Shown here piece by piece: positions 46,574 through 60,017 of a stretch of 64,000 nucleotides of DNA (position 1 is its first letter; every line of letters begins with the position of its first letter). Source of the stretch: Patescibacteria group bacterium (lineage in GTDB: Bacteria; Patescibacteriota; Minisyncoccia; Phycocordibacterales; SBAW01); assembly GCA_019752125.1 (NCBI GenBank), contig JAIEMM010000006.1, forward strand, positions 6,120 through 70,119, in the 5' to 3' direction. A program made the translations under genes and the position numbers. A model generated the notes under the pieces. The model was given only the letters and a program-made list of their open reading frames with translations. It had not been told where the DNA came from and did no database searches.

Positions 46574-47359
46574 TCAGTCGGCGGCTGTCCGTTGAGGGAC
46601 GTTTTGTACTTCTGCTTCAGGTTCTTCCGGCGGCCAGTGCTCCGAAGGTGGAAGCTCTACCTTGTAATGCTTACAGAGCGTCCTAAGCTCCACAAGTTGC
46701 CTCTTTTCCAGCTCGCCGGCCTGCTTGCTACTCCTAGTGACTCCGTATCTGAGAACGGATGACAGCTTACGGTTTGCGTATAGGCAGCTCGTGTGATGGA
46801 AATTAATGAGCTTAGCGATAGTCGGCAAGTTGCAGCCTGTGTTACGCAACACGAAGTAGATGATCACTTGCCGAGGTCCTGAGATCCTCGACATGCGTTG
46901 GTTGCTAAGAAGGTCCTCCATTTTTAGACCTAGGAGGGAGGCGGAAGCTTCCACGATGTGCTGAGGGTTCAAGTGTGCGAGCGGAGGGTTGCCCGTTATG
47001 TTCGCCTCTGTCGTGGACGACAGTGTCCCAGGGATAGGGAACCTTGTCTGGATAGCCGAGTGGTTCCACTGTGATGGCTTGGGGGCACTCCTAACACCAT
47101 CGAGTGCGAGTGGGCGCAGTGGGAGAGTACTTTGTCCGACCTTCGCTTTCCCTTGCGACTCCTTCCGCTTCTTCTCGTCTTCAGCTTTCTTTGCCGCCAA
47201 TATGTTCGGGTTAACGTATGAACCTCCGACATACGGCGGCAACTCGGTTGTCCCTCGTGGGAACATTTCCTTGAGTCGATCCGTGCCTGTCATCTCCTTC
47301 TTCGGTTGGGCCTGAGGAGCGGGAGTGGTCGTAGTGCCGTTATCTACCGTTGAGGTCAT
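46574..47359 (-). CDS. Orphan protein with C-terminal DnaA domain IV-like HTH
   Basis: EDLLSNQRMSRISGPRQVIIYF...LPTIAKLINFHHTSCLYANRKL; SD ggag. Confidence 0.7.
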   Translation of the reverse strand: MTSTVDNGTTTTPAPQAQPKKEMTGTDRLKEMFPRGTTELPPYVGGSYVNPNILAAKKAEDEKKRKESQGKAKVGQSTLPLRPLALDGVRSAPKPSQWNHSAIQTRFPIPGTLSSTTEANITGNPPLAHLNPQHIVEASASLLGLKMEDLLSNQRMSRISGPRQVIIYFVLRNTGCNLPTIAKLINFHHTSCLYANRKLSSVLRYGVTRSSKQAGELEKRQLVELRTLCKHYKVELPPSEHWPPEEPEAEVQNVPQRTAAD

Positions 47360-47534
47360 TTCTGCTCTCCACGTTGCTGTGTTTGGTACCAACTGCCCAC
47401 ACAATACTGTTGCGCCCCAATTTTGCAATAGGGGATTTGTCTTTTTATTTTTATAAATCTTGCGCTATTTTGGCTTTTTCGGTACCCTCACCGTGAACTA
47501 GGTCTTTTGCACAAACCGGAGAAAGGAACGCCCC

Positions 47535-48191
47535 GTGTCGAACAAATCGGTTGTCGTTTTGACTGGCAATACTGGCAAGAAATTCTTCTACGGCGAGACC
47601 GAACAGGCCGATGTTACGCCCTTCGTCGGTCAGGACAATATGGGCCAGTTCGGCATCGGCATCGCCGTAACTCGCCCCAATGGTACCAAGCAAGGTTGGA
47701 TATGGGGGCTTGTCATGCCGCGTCACTTAATCCAGTCTTGGCGGGCAATGAAATTGCTCGAAGAAATGCCGCGCATTAAACTCCCTGGCACACTAAGCCA
47801 CTGCTGGAGCTTGGCGAAGGAAAAATTACAGGGCTACGATTACAAATACCTCGATGAGGAAGGAGCTGTGTGGGGCAGCTACGAGAAATTCCGTGAAGCT
47901 CGCGCGAAAGTGCTCGCGATGTTTCCGACCGACGACGAACTCAAAGCGATGCTCGCCATCGTCAATGAGCAAGGGCTCAATATTCGCGTCGAAGAAATCG
48001 AAGAGCAACGGGAAAAACTTTCCTCGGCCGACGGAATCCTCAAACGGCTCATCGTCGCTGATGATGTTTGGCGCGAACGGGATCGACTCGAAGCCGAATC
48101 TCGTGCAAAACGTGAATCGGAGCGGGTCAAAGCTTCCGATCCGGCGAGCTTGCCCGGGCGCAAGGGATTCTTTCGCCAACTTTTTGGCTAA
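47535..48191 (+). CDS. Orphan protein
   Basis: 218 aa, SD gaaagga, GTG start, hairpin atgccgaccac/gtggtcggcat downstream. Confidence 0.72.
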   Translation: MSNKSVVVLTGNTGKKFFYGETEQADVTPFVGQDNMGQFGIGIAVTRPNGTKQGWIWGLVMPRHLIQSWRAMKLLEEMPRIKLPGTLSHCWSLAKEKLQGYDYKYLDEEGAVWGSYEKFREARAKVLAMFPTDDELKAMLAIVNEQGLNIRVEEIEEQREKLSSADGILKRLIVADDVWRERDRLEAESRAKRESERVKASDPASLPGRKGFFRQLFG

Positions 48192-48304
48192 CTCTCCCGC
48201 GACTGTTCCATGCCGACCACTGCACAAGTGGTCGGCATTTTCCTTGGCTTCGAGGCCGAAAAAGTGTATTGTTTGCCTCATTGGAGACCCAGGTCCCCAT
48301 ATAC

Positions 48305-48389
48305 GGAGGAGTGGCAGAGTGGTCTATCGCACTTGTCTTGAAAACAAGAGTACCGCAAGGTACCGTGAGTTCGAATCTCACCTCCTCCG
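48305..48389 (+). tRNA. tRNA-Ser(TGA)
   Basis: ggaggag/ctcctcc acceptor, cttgt-cttgaaa-acaag, long variable arm. Confidence 0.95.
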
Positions 48390-48561
48390 CATCTGCAAAA
48401 CGAGTCGCCCACCAGGGCGGCTTTTTTGCTGACTGGGTTAGAGTGAGATTCGAACAGGGAAGGGGTCGGGAAACGGGAGTTTCCCGTGGCGGAATTATTC
48501 AAACCGAGGGGTTTGAAAGCGCAGGCTTTAGCCGAGCAGTGAGGTTCTCACCTCCTCCGCA
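48390..48561. mobile_element. tRNA-linked structured element with inverted T-arm copy and duplicated tRNA 3' end
   Basis: gtgagattcgaac 48443-48455 is the reverse complement of 48369-48381; tctcacctcctccgca at 48376-48391 and 48546-48561. Confidence 0.65.
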
Positions 48562-48596
48562 AAAGTCTTCAGATCTGATAGTGTTGTAAATATACT

Positions 48597-50099
48597 ATGA
48601 GTGAAGACCTAAAAGAACTCGAGCAGAAACTTTGGCAGTCGGCGGACAAGCTACGCAACAACATGAGTCCGAGTGAGTACAAGTTCGTTGTACTTGGACT
48701 TATTTTCCTTAAGTATATTTCTGATGCCTTCGACGAACGCTACGCAAAAGCCGAGGCAGAAAACTACGACCCTGAAGATAAGGACTGGTATTTAGCAGAG
48801 AATGTTTTTTGGGTGCCAAAGGAGGCTCGTTGGAAAACACTCCAAGACAAAGCCAAGCAGGCTGACATCGGCGTCGTGGTTGATGACGCGATGGATTCTA
48901 TAGAGCGTGAAAATCCGATACTTAAAGGGGTGCTTCCGAAAGACTTTGCGAAAGAAGCACTGGATAAGCGTCGCCTCGGTGAACTTATCGATATCTTCAG
49001 TTCGCTCTCAATGCACGACGGTAAACACAGTGGAAAGGACCTGCTCGGCCAAGTGTATGAATATTTCATTGGCATGTTTGCCGATGCAGAAGGGCAACGG
49101 GGCGGTGAGTTTTATACACCACAAAGTATCGTCAAACTTCTTGTTGAAATGCTTGAGCCATATAAGGGTCGTATTTATGACCCATGCTGTGGATCAGGCG
49201 GCATGTTTGTGCAGAGTGAGAAATTCGTCGAGGCACATAAAGGCCGCATCGGCGACATTGCGGTATATGGCCAAGAGTCCAATCAGACGACTTGGAAGCT
49301 CGCCAAAATGAACATGGCTATTCGCGGTATCGACGCTAAGATTGAGTTTGGTGACACTCTCCACAACGACAAACACAAAGACCTTAAAGCCGACTTCGTT
49401 ATAGCAAACCCTCCCTTCAACGTCTCTGACTGGGGTGGAGAACTGCTACAAGACGACGTTCGATGGAAGTTTGGTATTCCACCAAAAGGCAATGCAAACT
49501 TTGCTTGGATGCAACACTTTATCTACCACCTCTCACCTAAAGGTACTGCCGGTTTCGTACTTGCGAACGGAGCCATGTCGAGCCAGTCGAGCGGCGAGGG
49601 AGATATCCGCAAAGCAATAGTCAGAGCGGGTCTTGTCGACTGTATCATTTCGCTTCCAGGGCAACTTTTCTTTAACACAGGCATACCAGCGACTCTGTGG
49701 TTTATCTCTCGTGATCGTGCCAACCGTGGCGACAAAACGTTATTTATCGACGCACGCGAGATGGGCGAGATGATCAGTCGCCGCAACAAACAACTCACTG
49801 GTGCAGAAATCACGCGTATTACAGAAAAATACAGACAGTTTAAAAAACAAGACAATAGTTATGAGGATGTTGCCGGATTTGCAAAAGTAGCCTCTCTTGA
49901 GGAGATAGAGAAGAACGACTTCGTGCTGACCCCGGGTCGGTATGTCGGCGTTGCCGAGGTCGAAGAAGACGATGAAGTTTTTGAGGAAAAAATGCAGCGT
50001 CTCACCAAAGAGCTCGGCGAGCAGTTTGTTGAGAGCGCGAAGCTGGAGAAAGATATTAGAGCCAATTTAAAAAAGATTGGGTATGAGATAGCAGATTAG
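48597..50099 (+). CDS. hsdM: Type I R-M methyltransferase subunit
   Basis: [26 protein letters not shown]. Confidence 0.96.
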   Translation: MSEDLKELEQKLWQSADKLRNNMSPSEYKFVVLGLIFLKYISDAFDERYAKAEAENYDPEDKDWYLAENVFWVPKEARWKTLQDKAKQADIGVVVDDAMDSIERENPILKGVLPKDFAKEALDKRRLGELIDIFSSLSMHDGKHSGKDLLGQVYEYFIGMFADAEGQRGGEFYTPQSIVKLLVEMLEPYKGRIYDPCCGSGGMFVQSEKFVEAHKGRIGDIAVYGQESNQTTWKLAKMNMAIRGIDAKIEFGDTLHNDKHKDLKADFVIANPPFNVSDWGGELLQDDVRWKFGIPPKGNANFAWMQHFIYHLSPKGTAGFVLANGAMSSQSSGEGDIRKAIVRAGLVDCIISLPGQLFFNTGIPATLWFISRDRANRGDKTLFIDAREMGEMISRRNKQLTGAEITRITEKYRQFKKQDNSYEDVAGFAKVASLEEIEKNDFVLTPGRYVGVAEVEEDDEVFEEKMQRLTKELGEQFVESAKLEKDIRANLKKIGYEIAD

Positions 50100-50106
50100 T
50101 TTGCCC

Positions 50107-51264
50107 ATGAGTGTTGATAAAAAGACGAAAACAGTTAGATTGGGAGATATTGCCGAGGTAATCCCTGGGTACGCTTTTAAGAGTACAGATTTTGTCGAAA
50201 CTAAAGGAGTTCCAGTAATTAAGATAAAAAACATTACCAATGATTACCGGGTTTCAATAGACGATGTAATTTACATTCCAGAATCCTTGCTTACCAAAAA
50301 ACTTGAAAAGTTTATTGTGATTAAAGATGATTTTTTGGTTGCAATGACTGGCGCTACAGCGGGAAAGATGGGAAGGGTATTTCCTAAGACCAAAGCTGTG
50401 TTAAACCAGCGTGTTGCTAAAATTCAACCAAAAAATATCGATAAGGAGTATCTATGGTCTTTGTTGGCGCGTGAAGATTTTACTCAAAAACTATACAAGT
50501 TAGCCGATGGCGCGGCTCAACCAAATATGAGTGGTTCTCAGATAGAGAACGTGCTGCTTGAAATTTTACCACCAGAAACTCAAGCTAAGATTGGAGCAAT
50601 TCTTTCTTCCCTAAATCAAAAAATCGAGCTCAATCGGAAAATGAACAAAACCCTGGAGGAAATGGGTCAGGCGCTTTTTAAGCATTACTTTATAGACAAT
50701 CCAGATGCGAAAGGATGGGAAAAGAAATCGATTAAAGAGTTCGCGACAATTCAATATGGATATGCTTTTAAATCAAATTTATTTAATGAAAACGCAGAAG
50801 GGCAAAAGATAATACGAATCAGAAATATAAGGGATGGAGATTCAGGGTCTTATACGACTGAGCAAGCTGACTCGAGTTACTTAGTCAAAAATGGAGACGT
50901 ACTTGTTGGAATGGACGGAGACTTTCATATCAATTATTGGGGAGGTGGAGATGCATATCTAGTGCAACGCGTAGCACGATTCAGGGCAAAAGAAAGCTAC
51001 TCAAATGTTTTTGTAAAAAACATTCTAATGGATCCAATTGCTATTTTTGATAAGCGTGAGGCAAGAACCACTGTTGCACACTTGAGTGCGAAAGAGATAA
51101 ATGAGATATCTTTACCTTTTGACGTGGGTGTATACGATAATTTGTCCGGTAGCTTCGAGTATATCTTTAAGAACCATTTTCTTTTGAATAGAGAAATACG
51201 TATTTTAACGAATATGCGAGATTCGCTTCTTCCGCGTTTAATGTCTGGAAAAATTCAGGTATGA
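50107..51264 (+). CDS. hsdS: Type I R-M specificity subunit
   Basis: Two TRDs (GYAFKS twice), conserved coiled coil, RDSLLPRLMSG. Confidence 0.94.
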   Translation: MSVDKKTKTVRLGDIAEVIPGYAFKSTDFVETKGVPVIKIKNITNDYRVSIDDVIYIPESLLTKKLEKFIVIKDDFLVAMTGATAGKMGRVFPKTKAVLNQRVAKIQPKNIDKEYLWSLLAREDFTQKLYKLADGAAQPNMSGSQIENVLLEILPPETQAKIGAILSSLNQKIELNRKMNKTLEEMGQALFKHYFIDNPDAKGWEKKSIKEFATIQYGYAFKSNLFNENAEGQKIIRIRNIRDGDSGSYTTEQADSSYLVKNGDVLVGMDGDFHINYWGGGDAYLVQRVARFRAKESYSNVFVKNILMDPIAIFDKREARTTVAHLSAKEINEISLPFDVGVYDNLSGSFEYIFKNHFLLNREIRILTNMRDSLLPRLMSGKIQV

Positions 51265-52277
51265 GAAATAACATTAAAGTTATTTTTGATACAAATTTGT
51301 TACGATCTGAACCCGAGCGAGCAGTCTTCTTCGGCTTCCGCTCAGATCTAGAGAAGTTTGCGGCAATTGCTGAAATAGTTGTTCCCGACATGGTTATCGA
51401 TGAGATAAAATGTCAGAAGCGAGAACATTTTACTAGTAAAAGAGACGCGTTTGCTAGTAACCCATTTCACGATATTTTTTCACTTGATAAATCGAGTACA
51501 AAATTTTTTGACGTGCATACACATGTTAATGGTATATATGCTCAGGAACCAATTTCTCATTCTGTTATATATCTAACAAAGCCTGATGCGCTCGAAAGAA
51601 TTAAAGAGCTTTGCAATAAACGCTTACCACCATTCGAAAGCGGAGGGGATAAGGGTTTTAAAGATGCTTATATTTATTTGACTGTTCTTGAATATTTGGA
51701 AGGAATTACGGATGAACAAGTATTTTTTGTTTCAGGCGATGGGAAGCTCAAGGAAGCTATTAAACAGCTTAAGGGCATCATAATTGTTTCTAATTTTGAA
51801 GAGTTTGAAGAATTTAATATCTCAGTATTTAAAGAGGAATATTTCATAAATAAATTAAAAGAAGAAATTTCTGACCAGATCACTCCCGAAAGTATAGTCG
51901 ATGTTTCTTCAAATATAGATGGGAATTGGATACTTAAGATTGACGGTGTGGAATATGTTGATCGAATACTCGTTGATTTTAAATCTAGAGAAATTCTGGA
52001 CCCTCGAGGTGATTTTGATCCATTTCTGAATCGACTAATTAATGCCGGAAGTTTTCAAACAGTTCACGAGATGATTGGAGAATTAACCCATTATAGAGGT
52101 TTTTTCTCAGATAAAGAGGTTTTGAAGTTATTAAGTTCAGCGATAACTAATGATCAGATCTATCAAATTGCCCAAGATGAAGATGTTCGTGCATTTTTTC
52201 TAGATCTGTATAGTATCAAGAAACAACTCTTGAACACCGAAGAACAAGAAGAATTTGAAGCTTATTTTCTAAAGTAA
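51261..52277 (+). CDS. PIN-domain protein inside the hsd operon
   Basis: IFDTNLL, VPDMVIDEI, GFKDAYIY, FVSGDG. Confidence 0.8.
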   Translation: MRNNIKVIFDTNLLRSEPERAVFFGFRSDLEKFAAIAEIVVPDMVIDEIKCQKREHFTSKRDAFASNPFHDIFSLDKSSTKFFDVHTHVNGIYAQEPISHSVIYLTKPDALERIKELCNKRLPPFESGGDKGFKDAYIYLTVLEYLEGITDEQVFFVSGDGKLKEAIKQLKGIIIVSNFEEFEEFNISVFKEEYFINKLKEEISDQITPESIVDVSSNIDGNWILKIDGVEYVDRILVDFKSREILDPRGDFDPFLNRLINAGSFQTVHEMIGELTHYRGFFSDKEVLKLLSSAITNDQIYQIAQDEDVRAFFLDLYSIKKQLLNTEEQEEFEAYFLK

Positions 52278-52280
52278 CAT

Positions 52281-55379
<3,099 letters not shown>

Positions 55380-55462
55380 GAGTAATACATAGGTCGCTTT
55401 GCGGACCCGGTTAATTCTTAAAGTTCTGTTTTCTTTTTATATAGATACGCTATATTCAACAT

Positions 55463-55900
55463 ATGAAATATTTGGGCATTGATTATGGAACCAGACGCAT
55501 AGGCGTGGCGGTGTCGGACGAAAGCGCGACGCTGGCTTTTCCTTTGGGTGTAGTAGCCGCTGGCACAACCGCCCTTAAAGAGGTGTGTGATATCGCGAAA
55601 GAGAACGCGGTTGTTGGGGTGGTGATGGGGGAGTCGAAGAATTATGGCGGTGAGGCGAACCCTGTTATGAAAGAAGTTGAGAAATTTAAAGAAGCTCTTG
55701 AAGCAGAAGGTTTGAATGTAATGTACGAACCGGAGTTTATGAGCAGTATGGCTGCGGCGCGACAATTTGCTCCATCGGAAAGCAGGGAAGATGGTCGTAA
55801 GAAGAATCCGAACCAGGAACTTTTGGACGCATCGGCTGCGGCGCTTATTTTGCAGAACTTTTTGGATCGGAACAGAAAGCGGGAGTTTGAAGTTGAATAA
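55463..55900 (+). CDS. yqgF: YqgF/RuvX pre-16S rRNA nuclease
   Basis: [16 protein letters not shown]...[14 protein letters not shown]. Confidence 0.92.
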   Translation: MKYLGIDYGTRRIGVAVSDESATLAFPLGVVAAGTTALKEVCDIAKENAVVGVVMGESKNYGGEANPVMKEVEKFKEALEAEGLNVMYEPEFMSSMAAARQFAPSESREDGRKKNPNQELLDASAAALILQNFLDRNRKREFEVE

Positions 55901-55901
55901 G

Positions 55902-56528
55902 ATGAACGACGATTTAAAAAATACATACAACAAAATTGCTGAAGATTGGTTTTCAGACCACAACAGCGATACGTGGTGGATTGAGGGAACGGACCACCTG
56001 GCTTCTCTTTTGCCGCAAGGCGCGTCAGTTCTTGATATTGGCTGCGGCGCAGGACATAAATCAAAATATCTTTCTGAGAAAGGATTCAAAGTTACAGGAG
56101 GCGACTTCTCAGAAGAGATGGTCAAGATCGCGAAGAGGGAAGTTCCAGGCGTTAATTTCCAGGTTTTGGATTTGTATAATCTCGCGGTTCTTAGCGAGAA
56201 GAATGAAAAGTTTGATTGCGTATTTGCGCAGGCAGTACTTCTGCATATTCCAAAGAGTGATGTTCAGCAAATTATCTCCAATATGGGGAGTCTCTTGAAT
56301 CAAAACGGACTGCTCTATGTTGCAGTAAAAGAAATATGGGATGGCAATACGGACGAGGAGACTTTGACTGAGAATGATTACGGTTATGAGTACAAACGAT
56401 TTTTCAGTTATTACACAACGGAAGAACTCGAAGGCTATTTTAAGAATGCAGGACTAGAGGTGGTATATAAAAACGTAAATAAGGTAGGCAGAACCAACTG
56501 GATACAAATTATTGGAAAGAAAGTGTAG
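55902..56528 (+). CDS. Class I SAM-dependent methyltransferase
   Basis: [22 protein letters not shown]. Confidence 0.9.
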   Translation: MNDDLKNTYNKIAEDWFSDHNSDTWWIEGTDHLASLLPQGASVLDIGCGAGHKSKYLSEKGFKVTGGDFSEEMVKIAKREVPGVNFQVLDLYNLAVLSEKNEKFDCVFAQAVLLHIPKSDVQQIISNMGSLLNQNGLLYVAVKEIWDGNTDEETLTENDYGYEYKRFFSYYTTEELEGYFKNAGLEVVYKNVNKVGRTNWIQIIGKKV

Positions 56529-56538
56529 ACTTCGATAT

Positions 56539-56868
56539 ATGCCAGAAATTTCAATTGATGATTTTAAGAAAGTAGAGATCCGCGTTGGAGAGATCGTGAG
56601 CGTGGAAAGAGTAGAGGGAAGCGAGAAGCTTCTTAAGTTGAAGGTAAATTTTGGTGAAGCGGGCGAACGCCAAGTGCTTTCAGGTATTGCCGCGTATTTT
56701 CCAGACGAACAGGTGTTGGTAGGGAAGCGATATCCTTTTGTTACAAACTTGGCCCCACGCAAAATGATGGGGATGGAAAGCCAGGCCATGATTATGGCAA
56801 CCGGCGGCGGCGACCAGCCTTTGTGTCTTTTCCCAAGCGAAGCCGCGCCTGGTTCAATAGTTAGATAA
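56539..56868 (+). CDS. tRNA-binding OB-fold protein (MetG C-terminal/Trbp111-like)
   Basis: IDDFKKVEIRVGEI, KLLKL, NLAPRKMMGMESQAM. Confidence 0.9.
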   Translation: MPEISIDDFKKVEIRVGEIVSVERVEGSEKLLKLKVNFGEAGERQVLSGIAAYFPDEQVLVGKRYPFVTNLAPRKMMGMESQAMIMATGGGDQPLCLFPSEAAPGSIVR

Positions 56869-56896
56869 ATCTACGCAGAACTAAAGCTCCACAAGC

Positions 56897-56985
56897 GCTT
56901 CGCAAAAAGCTTCTTTCGAAAAGGTCCTCGGGTCTCCTCGCAGAGCCTCGGCCAGACCATTTTCTCAAGAACTATTTTGCTTCGC
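56897..56985. repeat. gcttc-RCAAAA...TTTTGY-ttcgc hairpin element
   Basis: Same termini as the 1494-1557 and 62702-62767 elements, different interior. Confidence 0.6.
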
Positions 56986-56989
56986 TAAT

Positions 56990-57583
56990 CTACCTCCCTT
57001 TTCTCCACTCCCACATAACAGGAAGGAATGAGACGATGATGACAACTGCGACGATGGGGAGAATATAATTTTCCAAGTTGGGGATTGCGCGGCCAAGGAA
57101 GTAGCCAGCGAGGAGGAAGGTGTCGGCCCAGAGAAAACCTCCGACTATGTTGTAGGCAAGGAACTTTGTATATTTCATTTCACCAACCCCGGCGATGATA
57201 GGGACAAAGGTGCGCACGACGGGTATAAAGCGCGCAATCAACACGGCTTTTGCGCCGTGCTTTTCATAAAATTGTTTCGATTTCTCGATGTGTTTTTTAT
57301 TGAACCAAAATGAATCCTCTTTTGTGAACAAGCGCGGGCCGATGTAGCGGCCGAAGGAATACCCAACACTGTCGCCCAAGATTGCAGCGACGGGCACGAT
57401 AAGCAGCAACCACCATATAGAAAGTGCGCCTTGTGTTGCCAGTAGTCCTGCGGTGAGAAGAAGGGAATCGCCGGGCAAGAAGAAGCCGATGAATATACCA
57501 GACTCTGCCAGGACAATACAAAAAATACCAATGTAGCCGAGGGTTTCTATTATATGAAGTGGGTCAATGTGAAAAATACTCAT
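56990..57583 (-). CDS. DedA family membrane protein
   Basis: ESGIFIGFFLPGDSLL, ARFIPVVRTF. Confidence 0.93.
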   Translation of the reverse strand: MSIFHIDPLHIIETLGYIGIFCIVLAESGIFIGFFLPGDSLLLTAGLLATQGALSIWWLLLIVPVAAILGDSVGYSFGRYIGPRLFTKEDSFWFNKKHIEKSKQFYEKHGAKAVLIARFIPVVRTFVPIIAGVGEMKYTKFLAYNIVGGFLWADTFLLAGYFLGRAIPNLENYILPIVAVVIIVSFLPVMWEWRKGR

Positions 57584-58086
57584 GCTGTATGTTCGTTATG
57601 GTGATGCCGTTTATGTAATTGGTACCTGTACTCATGCCATGTGAGATATATAAAGACGATATCAAATATAGTTATGCAAAGGAGAATAATAGAATGGGTG
57701 TGGAAGAGTCGGTAGCCTTGGTACACCAGAAAGATACCAGTGATGCCCATCGAGACAGGGTAGGCCCACAAGCGGTTTTTATACAGGTTGTAGGAAAGAA
57801 ACATGTTAAGTAGCCCGTGGAAGAGCAGGTACAGCCCGACAAAGTTTTTTGTGCTGACAGAAAGCTGGTTGAGATGGTCGGCAATGAAGCGGAATATAAA
57901 GTCATCGTGGCCGCCTAGAAATTCTTCCCGGCTGAAAAATACAAAACCGCTTCGAATAAGAGGGTGCACGCTCCAAAGGAGATATAGCCCGGCAGCTGTT
58001 TCCCAGACGCTGTTGAGGGCCTTGAGCAAAATACCCGCTTCAAACAGTTCGTGCCAGAATTTTTGAGTAAATACGCGACGAATCAT
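57580..58086 (-). CDS. DUF2127-like membrane protein
   Basis: GILLKALNSVWE, YLLFHGL, LWAYP. Confidence 0.75.
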   Translation of the reverse strand: MIRRVFTQKFWHELFEAGILLKALNSVWETAAGLYLLWSVHPLIRSGFVFFSREEFLGGHDDFIFRFIADHLNQLSVSTKNFVGLYLLFHGLLNMFLSYNLYKNRLWAYPVSMGITGIFLVYQGYRLFHTHSIILLCITIFDIVFIYLTWHEYRYQLHKRHHHNEHTA

Positions 58087-58138
58087 TATGTATAGTATAT
58101 GCTACGCAGTATAGCCCTCGGCCATAGCCACGGGCGAG

Positions 58139-58210
58139 GCCCCTGTAGTTAAACGGATATAACTGCGGACTTCTAAGCCGCTATTCGAGGTTCGATTCCT
58201 CGCGGGGGCA
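58139..58210 (+). tRNA. tRNA-Arg(TCT)
   Basis: gcccctg/cgggggc acceptor, loop cttctaa, ggttcgattcc. Confidence 0.92.
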
Positions 58211-58248
58211 CAAAAAGAAAAGCGACTCGGGAGAGTCGCTTGGTGGAG

Positions 58249-58446
58249 CTAGTTGGGCACCCGCGCGTAGGCTTGCTCATGCGTTGCGGGCTTACCATTG
58301 CAGTGGGGCACCTTCACGCGTCCGAAGTTCCTGAGCTCGCATCCAGGCCGTAGGACCTCATTGTCTCCCGACATTGGTCCGAGTGTCATAAGGCCGATGC
58401 CTAATAGGCAGGATCCAACAAGAATTATTAAAGGACTAGGAAACAT
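58249..58446 (-). CDS. Small orphan protein with N-terminal TM segment
   Basis: 65 aa, purine-rich RBS, co-directional with 58461-58835. Confidence 0.5.
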   Translation of the reverse strand: MFPSPLIILVGSCLLGIGLMTLGPMSGDNEVLRPGCELRNFGRVKVPHCNGKPATHEQAYARVPN

Positions 58447-58460
58447 CTCTTTCTCTCGTG

Positions 58461-58835
58461 TTACGGTGCGACCCAGTTCGCGAGGACGATGATGATGAAC
58501 CCGCGAGGGCCTGTCGCCGTCAGAACATCCCAGCCCTTACGCCACTTCACTCGGTGCTCGGCCTGGGTGGGGTACTGCGACGCCGGGATGCTGTCGATCA
58601 GCTTCTGCGCCACCTCTTCGCTCGAGAGCGGCTTGGAGAGATGGTGCTCGTGCGCAGCGAAGGCGGTCGACGCATAGAGTACGCTTCCCGTAATGGGTGC
58701 CTGTTCGATGGGCTCCAGTGCATGGAAGTACATGGAGTAGCCCTGCTTGGCCCTTTCCAGCAGTTCGGTAAGGCACCAGGTGTCGGCCGCGCTCCCGACC
58801 ATCTTCGACCCAGCAGGTAGTCGTTCGTAGTGCAT
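58461..58835 (-). CDS. Orphan protein
   Basis: SD gggaggt before ATG; GC-rich. Confidence 0.65.
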   Translation of the reverse strand: MHYERLPAGSKMVGSAADTWCLTELLERAKQGYSMYFHALEPIEQAPITGSVLYASTAFAAHEHHLSKPLSSEEVAQKLIDSIPASQYPTQAEHRVKWRKGWDVLTATGPRGFIIIVLANWVAP

Positions 58836-58902
58836 GTCTGTTTACCTCCCAATCTGCGGCCATCCTAACGAAGAGAGAAATTTTTGTCCATATACTAGAT
58901 GG

Positions 58903-59997
58903 ATGCGACAGAAGTTATTTATGTGGGCGGGGAGTTTACTTTTGCTCATCGCTGTTGGTGTCACGGTCTCAGGTGACTTTTTTACGCACTACAGTTCAGC
59001 GCTTAGGCATGAATCCTTTCGACAAGCTCAGGACAAGCAGGCTGCAGTCGGGCAATTGGTTTCGCCGCTGGAGATAAAACAGGTACCGCCTGAATATTTT
59101 TCTTTACTTATTGAACCAGACGCAGGAATCACTCCCGTTCTGTCTCGCATAGAACATGCGCAGAAATCTATCGACTTGGTGATGTATACGCTTAGTGATG
59201 ATCAAGTGGTACAAGCGTTGGGCGATGCAGTAACTCGCGGTGTTTCTGTTCGCGTACTTTTAAACGGTGGGTATTACAGCAAAAAAGAATCATCCAACGA
59301 TGCATCGTATGCAGCACTGCAAAAACTACACGTGCCCGTAAAATGGACGCCAACGAGTTTTGCGCTGACACACCAAAAGACATTGGTTGTTGATGGAAAG
59401 GAAGCCTTGGTGATGACGTTTAACTTACAGTCGAAGTATTACAAAACTGGCCGAGACTTTGCGATTGCTGATACAGATCCAAATGACATCGCTGCGATAG
59501 AGAAAGTTTTCGCAGCCGACTTCGCTGGAAGCTACGTCGAGCCACAGCAAGGGGATACTCTTTTGTGGAGCCCAGGCTCTGAAGATGAGCTTCTGTATCT
59601 AATAAAATCTGCTAGCTCGACACTAGATATCTACAATGAAGAAATGGCAGACAAAGATATAACAGAAGCGCTTGTTGTAGCTGCAAAGCGCGGCGTGAAA
59701 GTCCGAGTTGATATGACCTACGCGACAAACTGGAAACCGGCATTTATTAAACTCCGAGATGGCGGAGTTGCTGTGCGCACATTCCCATCTTCATCGAAAA
59801 CACTATATATACACGCCAAAGTAATAATCGCAGACGGTACAACTGCGTTCATGGGGTCTGAGAATTTTTCAGAAACCTCCCTCAATAAGAATAGGGAATT
59901 GGGGGTGGTGACCAGCGCTCCTCAAATAGTGGGAGGCTTACAACATATCTTTGATATAGACTGGGCAAAATCGCGCCCATTTACGGCAAGTAAATGA
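58903..59997 (+). CDS. Phospholipase D family protein (two HKD motifs)
   Basis: HQKTLVVD, HAKVIIAD...GSEN; N-terminal TM segment. Confidence 0.9.
   Translation: MRQKLFMWAGSLLLLIAVGVTVSGDFFTHYSSALRHESFRQAQDKQAAVGQLVSPLEIKQVPPEYFSLLIEPDAGITPVLSRIEHAQKSIDLVMYTLSDDQVVQALGDAVTRGVSVRVLLNGGYYSKKESSNDASYAALQKLHVPVKWTPTSFALTHQKTLVVDGKEALVMTFNLQSKYYKTGRDFAIADTDPNDIAAIEKVFAADFAGSYVEPQQGDTLLWSPGSEDELLYLIKSASSTLDIYNEEMADKDITEALVVAAKRGVKVRVDMTYATNWKPAFIKLRDGGVAVRTFPSSSKTLYIHAKVIIADGTTAFMGSENFSETSLNKNRELGVVTSAPQIVGGLQHIFDIDWAKSRPFTASK
59014..59037. repeat. cttcgacaagctcagg-type element in frame in the PLD gene
   Basis: tcctttcgacaagctcaggacaag (SFRQAQDK). Confidence 0.7.
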
Positions 59998-60017
59998 TGC
60001 GGTATTGTGTGTTCATC

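Noticed and set aside
58114-58140. Degenerate hairpin gccctcggccatagccacgggcgaggc before tRNA-Arg
   Set aside because: Possibly a decayed family F copy, but too divergent to support.
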